Origin: a virus
Taxonomy: Duplodnaviria; Heunggongvirae; Uroviricota; Caudoviricetes
Length of the DNA: 36,875 bases
Reading direction: 5' to 3' (one strand)
IMG/VR virus record: IMGVR_UViG_2700989507_000031
The first letter of the stretch is position 1. Each line of letters starts with the position of its first letter. The notes under the pieces were generated by a model that searched no databases, was not told where the DNA came from, and was given only the letters and a program-made list of their open reading frames with translations. Position numbers and translations under genes: made by a program. Shown here in pieces: positions 28,854-35,854 of this stretch.

Positions 28854-29404
28854 CCCTGACCCCGCATCAGCGCGCCCTGTTGCAGTTGCTGCCTGACGGG
28901 CTGGCATGGGATAAGCGGCCGTCATCCGTTCTTGCGGCTTTGTGCCTGGGCCTCAGTCATTCCACGGAGCGTGTTTCCTGGACCGGTAACCAGATGCTGG
29001 CAGAACGTTTTCCTGATTCATCCCGTCTGCTGCTGGAAGACTGGGAGCGTTATCTGGGGTTACCGGAATGTGATATGACCGGCGCAACCATTCAGGAACG
29101 TCAGCGTTATGCAGGGAATAAATACCGGATGAAACCCTCTCTTAACCGTGAATTTTATATCCGGTTTGCGGCAGAGTTTGGTTATGAAATAGATATTCAG
29201 CCATCACCGGATTCACAGTGGGTCAGTATTGTCACGATAAACAGTGAAACCGGCTACCGGAATATGAATGTGCTGGATGATATTCTCACCCCGCTGCGTA
29301 TTTATGAGGGTGGTGCGCTGGAATGTATTCTGAACCGTTATAAGCCTGCATGGCAGACGTTTATTTACGTGTATGCAAACAGTCACAAAGAGGAGAATAT
29401 TTAA
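28844..29404 (+). CDS. Tail protein, Mu gp48-like (gpI family)
   Basis: 186 aa; stop overlaps the tail-fibre ATG. Confidence 0.7.
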   Translation: MAVTLTPHQRALLQLLPDGLAWDKRPSSVLAALCLGLSHSTERVSWTGNQMLAERFPDSSRLLLEDWERYLGLPECDMTGATIQERQRYAGNKYRMKPSLNREFYIRFAAEFGYEIDIQPSPDSQWVSIVTINSETGYRNMNVLDDILTPLRIYEGGALECILNRYKPAWQTFIYVYANSHKEENI

Positions 29405-30315
29405 TGTTCCATGTTGATAATAATTCCGGCGTGGCGAATATGCCTGAACTGGCTCCGGCGCAGAGTAATACCACCACCTGGTTTACCGAAGGTGACGGAC
29501 AAAAAGGTATCAGCTGGATTGGTCAGGACTGGCTGAATATTCTCCAGGCCGAACTGCTGAATATTCTGGCTGAAGCCAGTATTCAGCCGGATAAGGCGCA
29601 GTTAAACCAGCTTACGCTGTCCATTAAAGCCATTATCGCTGCGAATGCCTTTTCCCGGAAAAACAACCTGAAAGAAATTGCTGATGCCGGTGCGGAAGCC
29701 CAGCGTCTGGCCCGTGGTTATCTTGGTCTGGGGACGCTTGCCACAAAAAACAGTCTTGGTCCCGCTGACGTTAATGCCCTGGCGAAGGATCAGAACCTTG
29801 CCGACCTGGAGAATGCGGAAACCGCCCGTAATAATCTGGATGTTTACAGCAGGAGCGAAGGTGATAACCGTTACCTGCGCAGGGACCAGAATGGCGCGGA
29901 TATCCAGGACAAAGGAACCTTTATCGATAACCTCGGTTTACGGGAAACGGTAAATAAGGCTGCTGATGCCCTGCCATCGGCTGGAACCGCCGTGGCAGCA
30001 AACAGACTCGCCACCCCAAGAAATATTAATGGTGTTCCTTTTGACGGAACGCTGGATATCAACATCACGTCAGGAATGACGCAGTCAACCGCAGATGGCC
30101 GGTATGTACAGAATGTTCAGCTTGGAGCACAGAGCTATCATTCACCCGGAGGCAATGAAATGTCATGGAATTACAGCGCACCTTCCGGTTGTATGCTTTC
30201 CGGTATTAACGTGCAGGAAACCGGCTCCCGGTCTGCGGACAATATCGGTGGGGTCTATTATCGCCCGGTTCAGATTTATATTAATAATGCCTGGAGAACG
30301 GTAAGTTCAGTGTAA
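29404..30315 (+). CDS. Tail fibre protein S: constant part (29404-29932) fused to variable tip Sv (29935-30315) in the present orientation
   Basis: ATG 29404 overlaps the gp48 stop; gix-like site inside the ORF at codons 'FIDNLGLRETV'; the C-terminal 123 aa are homologous to the minus-strand cassette. Confidence 0.8.
   Translation: MFHVDNNSGVANMPELAPAQSNTTTWFTEGDGQKGISWIGQDWLNILQAELLNILAEASIQPDKAQLNQLTLSIKAIIAANAFSRKNNLKEIADAGAEAQRLARGYLGLGTLATKNSLGPADVNALAKDQNLADLENAETARNNLDVYSRSEGDNRYLRRDQNGADIQDKGTFIDNLGLRETVNKAADALPSAGTAVAANRLATPRNINGVPFDGTLDINITSGMTQSTADGRYVQNVQLGAQSYHSPGGNEMSWNYSAPSGCMLSGINVQETGSRSADNIGGVYYRPVQIYINNAWRTVSSV
29921..29946. repeat. gix-like crossover site, left
   Basis: 'TTATCGATAACCTCGGTTTACGGGAA'; shares the 17-bp core 'TCCCGTAAACCGAGGTT' in inverted orientation with 31347-31372. 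Confidence 0.8.
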
Positions 30316-30325
30316 ACCACAGAAA

Positions 30326-30344
30326 AGGGTGCTGAATGCACCCT
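30326..30344. terminator. Hairpin between convergent S and U' genes (candidate bidirectional terminator)
   Basis: 'agggtgc-tgaat-gcaccct'; on the minus strand it is followed by 'ttttctg'. Confidence 0.5.
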
Positions 30345-30349
30345 CTGAA

Positions 30350-30877
30350 TTATTCCGGTTTTTCCGGCCAGGGAATCGCCTGGTAATGCCCCTCACTGGC
30401 AATATCATTAAAGTGCATTTCTTTAAGCTGTCGGATATACGCCATCCAGCGCGTCAGCTGTAATTTATTTTCATCGCTAATCATGTCCAGTTTTAATTCT
30501 GTTTTCCAGTCATCCACGGTTTCGTTGGCTTCCTGGAGCAGCGATGAGCGACGCTTTTCAGCAACCGTCTTCCAGTTTACCGGCACCTTTGATATCAGGC
30601 CATCAGAAAACTGCCAGTTACCGTCAATATTCACACCTTCCGGCAGTTCGTCCACTTCAACAACAGTAAAACCTGCCGGATATAAAGCAGAGACATCTTC
30701 AGCAACAGAGCAGATAATACCCGTTACAGGCGAAATACAGAGTTTGTATTTCTTTGTAAAAAGCGGGATAGATTCATAAAAATCCCTTCCGTCCTCACTC
30801 TGGAAATACTGAACATCCTCACCATAGGGTTTGTCTTTCGGGTAATATCGTTTGACATTAATCAGTTGCATAAACAT
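30350..30877 (-). CDS. Tail fibre assembly protein U' (serves the inverted orientation)
   Basis: C-terminal 'LTRWMAYIRQLKEMHFNDIASEGHYQAIPWPEKPE' is a tail-fibre-assembly hallmark; N-terminus 'MQLINVKRYYPKDKP' parallels Mu U. The track ORF start at 30922 adds an implausible hydrophobic leader; three ATGs at 30883, 30877 and 30871 are candidate starts. Confidence 0.75.
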   Translation of the reverse strand: MFMQLINVKRYYPKDKPYGEDVQYFQSEDGRDFYESIPLFTKKYKLCISPVTGIICSVAEDVSALYPAGFTVVEVDELPEGVNIDGNWQFSDGLISKVPVNWKTVAEKRRSSLLQEANETVDDWKTELKLDMISDENKLQLTRWMAYIRQLKEMHFNDIASEGHYQAIPWPEKPE

Positions 30878-30992
30878 CACCATGTAAATCAATGATAAAA
30901 ACAGGAATAATACTATCGCCATATACAGGCAATGCTTGTCTGAAATAACGCATATTTCAGATGCTGGCTGCTGTGTGCTATGCCCCCGTTAA

Positions 30993-31364
30993 TTAAATAC
31001 TTGCAGCGGATACCCAATGCCCATTAATACAATATTGTATCTGTCTGTAATAAACACGGTCATCACCACCACGCATTTCCCAGTCTCCGTCAGTCTTAAA
31101 ACCGGTAATCACATTTCCTGATGACAGGGAGTAATTATATTCCAGTCCGCCGCTTAATGCCTGCGCTCCCAGTCTTACCCCTGTAACATAACGCTGATTG
31201 GCCGTTGATTCCGGCATTCCTGACGTAATGTTTATATCCTGCGTGCCGTCAAAGACGACACCATTGATTCTGCGGGCATTTGCCAGCCTGCTTGCTGCAA
31301 CAGCCGTACCGTTTGATGGCAGGGCATTCGCGGCCCTGTTTACCGTATCCCGTAAACCGAGGTT
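30993..31364 (-). CDS. Silent alternative tail-fibre tip cassette Sv' (no own start; would fuse to S after inversion)
   Basis: Minus-strand frame 'NLGLRDTVNRAANALPSNGTAVAASRLA...ESTANQRYVTGVRLGAQA...' begins right after an in-frame TGA inside the right gix site. Homologous to Sv 'NLGLRETVNKAADALPSAGTAVAANRLA...QSTADGRYVQNVQLGAQS'. Confidence 0.7.
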   Translation of the reverse strand, partial: NLGLRDTVNRAANALPSNGTAVAASRLANARRINGVVFDGTQDINITSGMPESTANQRYVTGVRLGAQALSGGLEYNYSLSSGNVITGFKTDGDWEMRGGDDRVYYRQIQYCINGHWVSAASI

Positions 31365-31372
31365 TCAGGGAT
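31347..31372. repeat. gix-like crossover site, right
   Basis: 'ATCCCGTAAACCGAGGTTTCAGGGAT', inverted relative to the left site. Confidence 0.8.
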
Positions 31373-31426
31373 GCCGTATATCTGCTTTAAAAGGCTTTTC
31401 CACCTCTTTTTAAGGAAGGTAAATAC

Positions 31427-31987
31427 ATGCTGATTGGCTATATACGCGTATCAACAAATGACCAGAACACCGGTTTACAAAGAAATGCGCTGGAATGTGC
31501 AGGATGTGAGCAGATTTTTGAAGACAAAATGAGTGGTAAAACGACACAGCGGCCGGGACTGAAGCGGGCACTGAAGAAACTAAAACCCGGTGACACGCTG
31601 ATGGTCTGGAAACTGGACAGGCTGGGGCGCAGTATGCGCCACCTTGTTGCGCTGACAGATGAATTACAGCAACAGGGGATAAATTTTCGTAGTCTTACTG
31701 ACAACATTGATACGTCAACCCCCATGGGGCGCTTCTTTTTTCACATAATGGGTGCGCTGGCAGAAATGGAGCGTGAATTAATTGTCGAACGGACACGGGC
31801 TGGTCTTGCAGCTGCCCGTGAAAGGGGACGAACCGGCGGCAGACCCCGCCGTCTCACGCAGGAACAATACGAGCAGGTCGGGCGTTTACTGGCCGGGGGT
31901 GTCAGTCGAAGACAGGTGGCACTTATTTTTGATATCGGTCTTTCAACCCTTTATCGTTATTATCCTGCGAGCGTTTCGGAAAAATAA
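31427..31987 (+). CDS. gin: Serine DNA invertase, Gin/Hin/Pin/Cin family
   Basis: N-terminal 'MLIGYIRVSTNDQN' with catalytic Ser; C-terminal HTH 'GVSRRQVALIFDIGLSTLYRY'; SD 'aaggaagg'; adjacent to the invertible segment. Confidence 0.95.
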   Translation: MLIGYIRVSTNDQNTGLQRNALECAGCEQIFEDKMSGKTTQRPGLKRALKKLKPGDTLMVWKLDRLGRSMRHLVALTDELQQQGINFRSLTDNIDTSTPMGRFFFHIMGALAEMERELIVERTRAGLAAARERGRTGGRPRRLTQEQYEQVGRLLAGGVSRRQVALIFDIGLSTLYRYYPASVSEK

Positions 31988-32086
31988 GACGCTCTCTTTG
32001 TTGGGCCTTTACTGAATTAACGCAAAATGGCGTTTATCGGTCTGTGGATATGATAATTCAGTTTATTCAGGAACAGGCTGATTATT

Positions 32087-34126
32087 ATGACGTCCAAATG
32101 GGTTCAACTATCATCAATGCCCGGAAACTTTACTGTTAAAGTTTCCGGTGGTACAGCGGCATTTCTTGAGGCTCCCTTTCCTCCGGCCGAAACAAAAGGA
32201 GGAATGACATTTGCTGACTGTCTCATCAGTTTTAATACACGGGATTGCCTGTGGGTAAGGCCAGTATCCGGTGATCCGAGTGTGGAAATTACCGGAGCGG
32301 GTATTGGTGCGGTCATTCCGTTAAGTGCTGATGTTGCCGGTACTGCTGAACCGTCAGACTGGGATAATGCTGAAACACATACCCGTCCGTCAGGAAATGA
32401 AACTGCTTCCAGCTCCCCTTCCTGGTATTACGTGGTGGTTCTTGCTGGTCAGTCAAACGGTATGGCTTACGGTGAAGGTCTGCCACTGCCGGAGACATAT
32501 GACCGCCCCGAACCGCGTATTATGCAGTTAGCCCGTCGCAGTACAGTCACGCCGGGAGGTAAAGCCTGTCAGTATAACGACATCATTCTGGCCGACCACT
32601 GTCTGCATGATGTGCAGGATATGAGTGGAAAAAATCACCCGAAAGCGGATGTGGCTAAAGGGCAATATGGCACCGTGGGTCAGGGGCTTCACATTGCCAA
32701 AAAACTGCTGCCGTTTATTCCGGCAGATGCGGGGATTCTGCTGGTTCCCTGCTGCCGTGGTGGTTCTGCATTCACGGCGGGTGCTGACGGCACGTACAGT
32801 GACAGCACGGGTGCTTCAGAGGACTCAGCCCGCTGGGGTGTGGATAAGCCGCTGTATAAGGACTTAATCAGCCGGACAAAAGCGGCACTGGCGAAGAACC
32901 CGAAAAACCGCCTGCTTGCTGTGGTGTGGATGCAGGGCGAGTTTGATATTGATGCGAAGCCGACGGAGCATTCTGCGCTGTTTCTGGCGATGGTGGAAAA
33001 ATTCCGCGCAGACCTGGCTGAACAGGCGGAACAGTGTACCGGTGGCAGTGCTGCTGGCGTTCCGTGGATTTGTGGCGATACCACGTATTTCTGGAAACAG
33101 AAAAATGAACCAGCATACCAGGCAATCTATGGCGGCTACAAAAACAAAACAGATAAAAACATTCATTTCGTTCCATTAATAACAGATGAAAATGGCGTGA
33201 ATGTACCCACCAACAATCCGGCAGAAGACCCGGATATTGAATCCATTGGTTATTACGGCTCAACGTGGCGTAACAGTGCCGCTACCTGGACATCTGCGGA
33301 CCGGGCCAGCCATTTCAGTGCCTGGGCGCGCCGGGGTATTATTTCTGACCGTCTGGCCACGGCTGTTCTGACTCATGCAGGGCGAACCACAGTAAAAGCC
33401 GATGTTCCATCTTCTGAAACTGAAGCACCAGTGCCATCACCTTCAGAAACTGAAGCAGTAACCACAACACTGCTGTCTTACCGTGTCAGTGAGTCAGAAG
33501 GAAATCTGAAAGCCCAGGGCTGGGAGCCGGCTGGCGGTAAAGCTGAAATTATCAGTGATGCAGGAGGCACAGGTGGTAAGGCAATGAAACTGACCAAGGA
33601 AACAGGTAAATCATCCTGGTATCTGGATCATGATGCCGGTACTGGTGCTGAACTGCTGAAAAATGGTGGTTTAATCAGTTGTCGTTTTAAAGTACCTGGC
33701 GACCTGGTGGCAAACCAGTATGTCATGGCGCTTTACTGGCCGGTTTCCTCTCTGCCGCAGGGTGTCACCCTGACAGGGGATGCAGGGAATAATCTGCTGG
33801 CATCGTTCTACATCCAGACAGACGCAAAAGACCTGAATGTGATGTACCACAATGCAAAAGTGGCAACAAATAACCAGAAACTGGGAACCTTTGGTGCATT
33901 TGATAATGAATGGCATACGCTGGCCTTCCGTTTTGCAGGAAATAACAGCCTTCAGGTTATTCCGGTTATTGATGGTCAGGATGGTGCCGCGTTTACCCTG
34001 ACGCAGTCACCAGTAGGAACTTTCCCGGTGGACAAACTCCGCGTAACGGATATCACCAAAAATGCAACTTACCCGGTGCTGATTGACAGCATTGTGGTGG
34101 AAGTGAAAAAAGCGGTAACAGAATAA
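32087..34126 (+). CDS. Multi-domain SGNH/SASA-like carbohydrate esterase (N-terminal ~110-aa domain, esterase core, S/T/E/P linker, C-terminal beta-sandwich-like domain)
   Basis: Esterase block 'YYVVVLAGQSNGMAYGEG' (GQSN motif); linker 'SSETEAPVPSPSETEAVTTT'; no N-terminal signal peptide; SD-like sequence upstream. Confidence 0.6.
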   Translation: MTSKWVQLSSMPGNFTVKVSGGTAAFLEAPFPPAETKGGMTFADCLISFNTRDCLWVRPVSGDPSVEITGAGIGAVIPLSADVAGTAEPSDWDNAETHTRPSGNETASSSPSWYYVVVLAGQSNGMAYGEGLPLPETYDRPEPRIMQLARRSTVTPGGKACQYNDIILADHCLHDVQDMSGKNHPKADVAKGQYGTVGQGLHIAKKLLPFIPADAGILLVPCCRGGSAFTAGADGTYSDSTGASEDSARWGVDKPLYKDLISRTKAALAKNPKNRLLAVVWMQGEFDIDAKPTEHSALFLAMVEKFRADLAEQAEQCTGGSAAGVPWICGDTTYFWKQKNEPAYQAIYGGYKNKTDKNIHFVPLITDENGVNVPTNNPAEDPDIESIGYYGSTWRNSAATWTSADRASHFSAWARRGIISDRLATAVLTHAGRTTVKADVPSSETEAPVPSPSETEAVTTTLLSYRVSESEGNLKAQGWEPAGGKAEIISDAGGTGGKAMKLTKETGKSSWYLDHDAGTGAELLKNGGLISCRFKVPGDLVANQYVMALYWPVSSLPQGVTLTGDAGNNLLASFYIQTDAKDLNVMYHNAKVATNNQKLGTFGAFDNEWHTLAFRFAGNNSLQVIPVIDGQDGAAFTLTQSPVGTFPVDKLRVTDITKNATYPVLIDSIVVEVKKAVTE

Positions 34127-34131
34127 AAAAA

Positions 34132-34160
34132 TCCCGCCGGTCATGATATGGCTGGCGGGA
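34132..34160. terminator. Hairpin after the esterase gene, flanked upstream by an A-run
   Basis: 'tcccgcc...ggcggga' stem with 15-nt loop. The A-tract lies 5' on the + strand, so it would act as a U-tract only for minus-strand transcription. Confidence 0.3.
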
Positions 34161-34272
34161 GCTACCTAACCCATAAAGGAAAATAAAAATACTCCCGAAG
34201 GAGTGGTTATCAGTCGCTTCGATGTTTTTACCCGATAACGAATTATGTAGTCAATATCAAAGGTAAGGTTAT

Positions 34273-34455
34273 ATGACATTCGTTCATACAATGCTGCTTT
34301 ATTTCTGCGCTGTGGTCAGTGCGTTATATCTGGTGAGCGGCGGTTATAAGGTCATCAGAAATTATATTCGCCGTAAAATTGATGATGCGGCAGCTGAAAA
34401 ACTCAGTAAAACAGCACAGGCACCGTCATCCCCAAACGACCCGACCCCGCTCTGA
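34273..34455 (+). CDS. Small membrane protein (60 aa)
   Basis: N-terminal TM 'MLLYFCAVVSALYLVSGG', then a charged tail. Confidence 0.4.
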   Translation: MTFVHTMLLYFCAVVSALYLVSGGYKVIRNYIRRKIDDAAAEKLSKTAQAPSSPNDPTPL

Positions 34456-34490
34456 TAACGGGGCAATATACCTGCAAAAGGAGAATATTC

Positions 34491-34736
34491 ATGCCAGAGA
34501 TTAAAGGCACGGTTACTGAAGAGCTTGTCAAACAGGCACTTTATTCTGAAGAAGTGAACCGCGTGCTGAAGGCGCAGGTTCGCAAGGATTTTGAGGCACA
34601 AATCGACGCATATGTTGATGAAGTGCTGGCCCGAATGGTTGGTCGTTCTCCGGCTGAAAACAGCACGGAAAATGAGCCTCAACCAGTAGAGCAACCAGAG
34701 CCGGTTCAGCCCGGAACTGACAGTGCCATGATGTAA
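34491..34736 (+). CDS. Small acidic hypothetical protein (81 aa)
   Basis: Strong SD 'aaaggagaa' 6 nt before ATG. Confidence 0.5.
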   Translation: MPEIKGTVTEELVKQALYSEEVNRVLKAQVRKDFEAQIDAYVDEVLARMVGRSPAENSTENEPQPVEQPEPVQPGTDSAMM

Positions 34737-34810
34737 CAATACAAACCGACAGCTTCTCCTGTCGGTTTGATTTTCATGGGCGATGTATATACCAGTCAGA
34801 GGAAATAATC

Positions 34811-35011
34811 ATGGACAAGAACAAAAAACAGCCCGATACCAAAGGTCTGGAAATATTAAGCGCAGAAATTATCAATGCGCTACGTTCAGGACTTGATGAA
34901 AATACATTACAGGATCGAAACTTCACCACTGCAATGTGGATAGCGATGCAGATCCTGTGTACCCCAAGATGCGCTATTTTTGCGGTTCGTGAGGGTCAGT
35001 TGACTCGCTGA
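34811..35011 (+). CDS. Small hypothetical protein (66 aa)
   Basis: SD 'gagga' before ATG; 3' end overlaps the convergent minus-strand gene. Confidence 0.45.
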   Translation: MDKNKKQPDTKGLEILSAEIINALRSGLDENTLQDRNFTTAMWIAMQILCTPRCAIFAVREGQLTR

Positions 35012-35180
35012 TTGCCCGAATTACATCAGAAAAGCACGCGTTCCATAATTGCATAGCTGATGAATCACCAGCTGTATGAAAAGAGGTAAAGACACAACTG
35101 GTGGATGTCATTGCTGCAATTGTGATATCAGCTGCAATTCGCGCAGCCTGTAACTTTTGGTCGGTGGTCAGTTTATCCAT
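34974..35180 (-). CDS. Small hypothetical protein (68 aa from ATG 35180)
   Basis: Minus-strand SD 'aggaga' immediately upstream of the second in-frame ATG (35180); the track ORF starts 8 codons earlier at 35204. Confidence 0.45.
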   Translation of the reverse strand: MDKLTTDQKLQAARIAADITIAAMTSTSCVFTSFHTAGDSSAMQLWNACFSDVIRAISESTDPHEPQK

Positions 35181-35255
35181 TTTCTCCTGCCTGAACAGAT
35201 GCATCTCTGCTTTACAGGAGACCGGGGAATATCATAGGATACACCACGAGCTCAG

Positions 35256-35413
35256 AGTGAAGCATTGATGCAGTTTTTTACAGATTGACCCAGAATAGTT
35301 CGCGCTATCTGAGTCGCCATTTATGTAGTCCCGAAGTAAAGCATTGATGCAAACTTGTCTAAATCGGCCCGGAATAGTTCACGCTATCTGGGTCGTCCTT
35401 TATGCATGTAGTA
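35256..35413. repeat. Two tandem imperfect direct repeats of ~79 bp
   Basis: Unit 1 (35256-35334) and unit 2 (35335-35413) share 'a[g/a]aagcattgatgca' and 'cc[a/g]gaatagttc[g/a]cgctatctg[a/g]gtcg'. Confidence 0.8.
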
Positions 35414-35447
35414 TCCCGTTGATTTGAAACACACTATACGTACTTGC

Positions 35448-35625
35448 GATCCTACCTTCACTGGATAAAAAGTCAATAAAATGATCATTTTATGATCGTT
35501 TTCACCACCTAACTCTTCGTTTTCTTTAAGTAAATAATCACCGTCCTGAATCATTGTTGATGACTTTTAAATCTATTTGTTGTATCAATTAAACAAATCG
35601 AATCGATCGTTTTTGTCGATCGATT
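35448..35625 (+). promoter_or_regulatory. AT-rich control region with five GATC sites upstream of com
   Basis: GATC at 35448, 35483, 35494, 35605 and 35618. Direct repeat 'atgatcatttt/atgatcgtttt'; palindromic pair 'aatcgatcg' (35601-35609) and 'cgatcgatt' (35617-35625). Confidence 0.45.
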
Positions 35626-35668
35626 GCATGAGAAAGGCATCAACAACAAAGCAGGAGGTTATGCGGCC

Positions 35669-35854
35669 ATGTATCGAAACATACGGTGCCGACACTGCAA
35701 TAAGCTACTGGCACGGGCCAGTTTCAGTTATCTGGAAGTAAAATGTCCGCGCTGTAAAACCCTCAATCAAATCACATCTCAGAGCGCCACAGAGCACCCC
35801 ACATACACAAGGAAATCCTGCCGTGGGGAACAAGAAACATTACTTTCAGTCTGA
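35669..35854 (+). CDS. com: Com-like zinc-finger translational regulator
   Basis: 'MYRNIRCRHCNKLLARASFSYLEVKCPRCKTL' parallels Mu Com 'IRCKNCNKLL...IRCPRCK' as recalled; SD 'aggagg' 10 nt before ATG; 3' end overlaps the downstream gene by 32 nt, as com overlaps mom in Mu. Confidence 0.7.
   Translation: MYRNIRCRHCNKLLARASFSYLEVKCPRCKTLNQITSQSATEHPTYTRKSCRGEQETLLSV

Larger units (their letters stand above)
29921..31372. mobile_element. Invertible DNA segment (Mu G-segment-like, ~1.45 kb) carrying Sv, U' and Sv'
   Basis: Bounded by inverted gix-like sites; opposing-strand homologous fibre-tip coding sequences; Gin-family invertase gene 55 bp to the right. Confidence 0.8.

Noticed and set aside
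30878-30922. Hydrophobic 15-aa N-terminal extension of the U' assembly protein (track start at 30922)
   Set aside because: Tail-fibre assembly proteins are soluble; the downstream ATG cluster at 30883-30871 gives an N-terminus similar to Mu U.
35256-35413. Mu right end (attR with transposase binding sites)
   Set aside because: The repeats do not resemble the MuA end-binding consensus as I recall it, and phage genes (com, methyltransferase) continue to the window edge.
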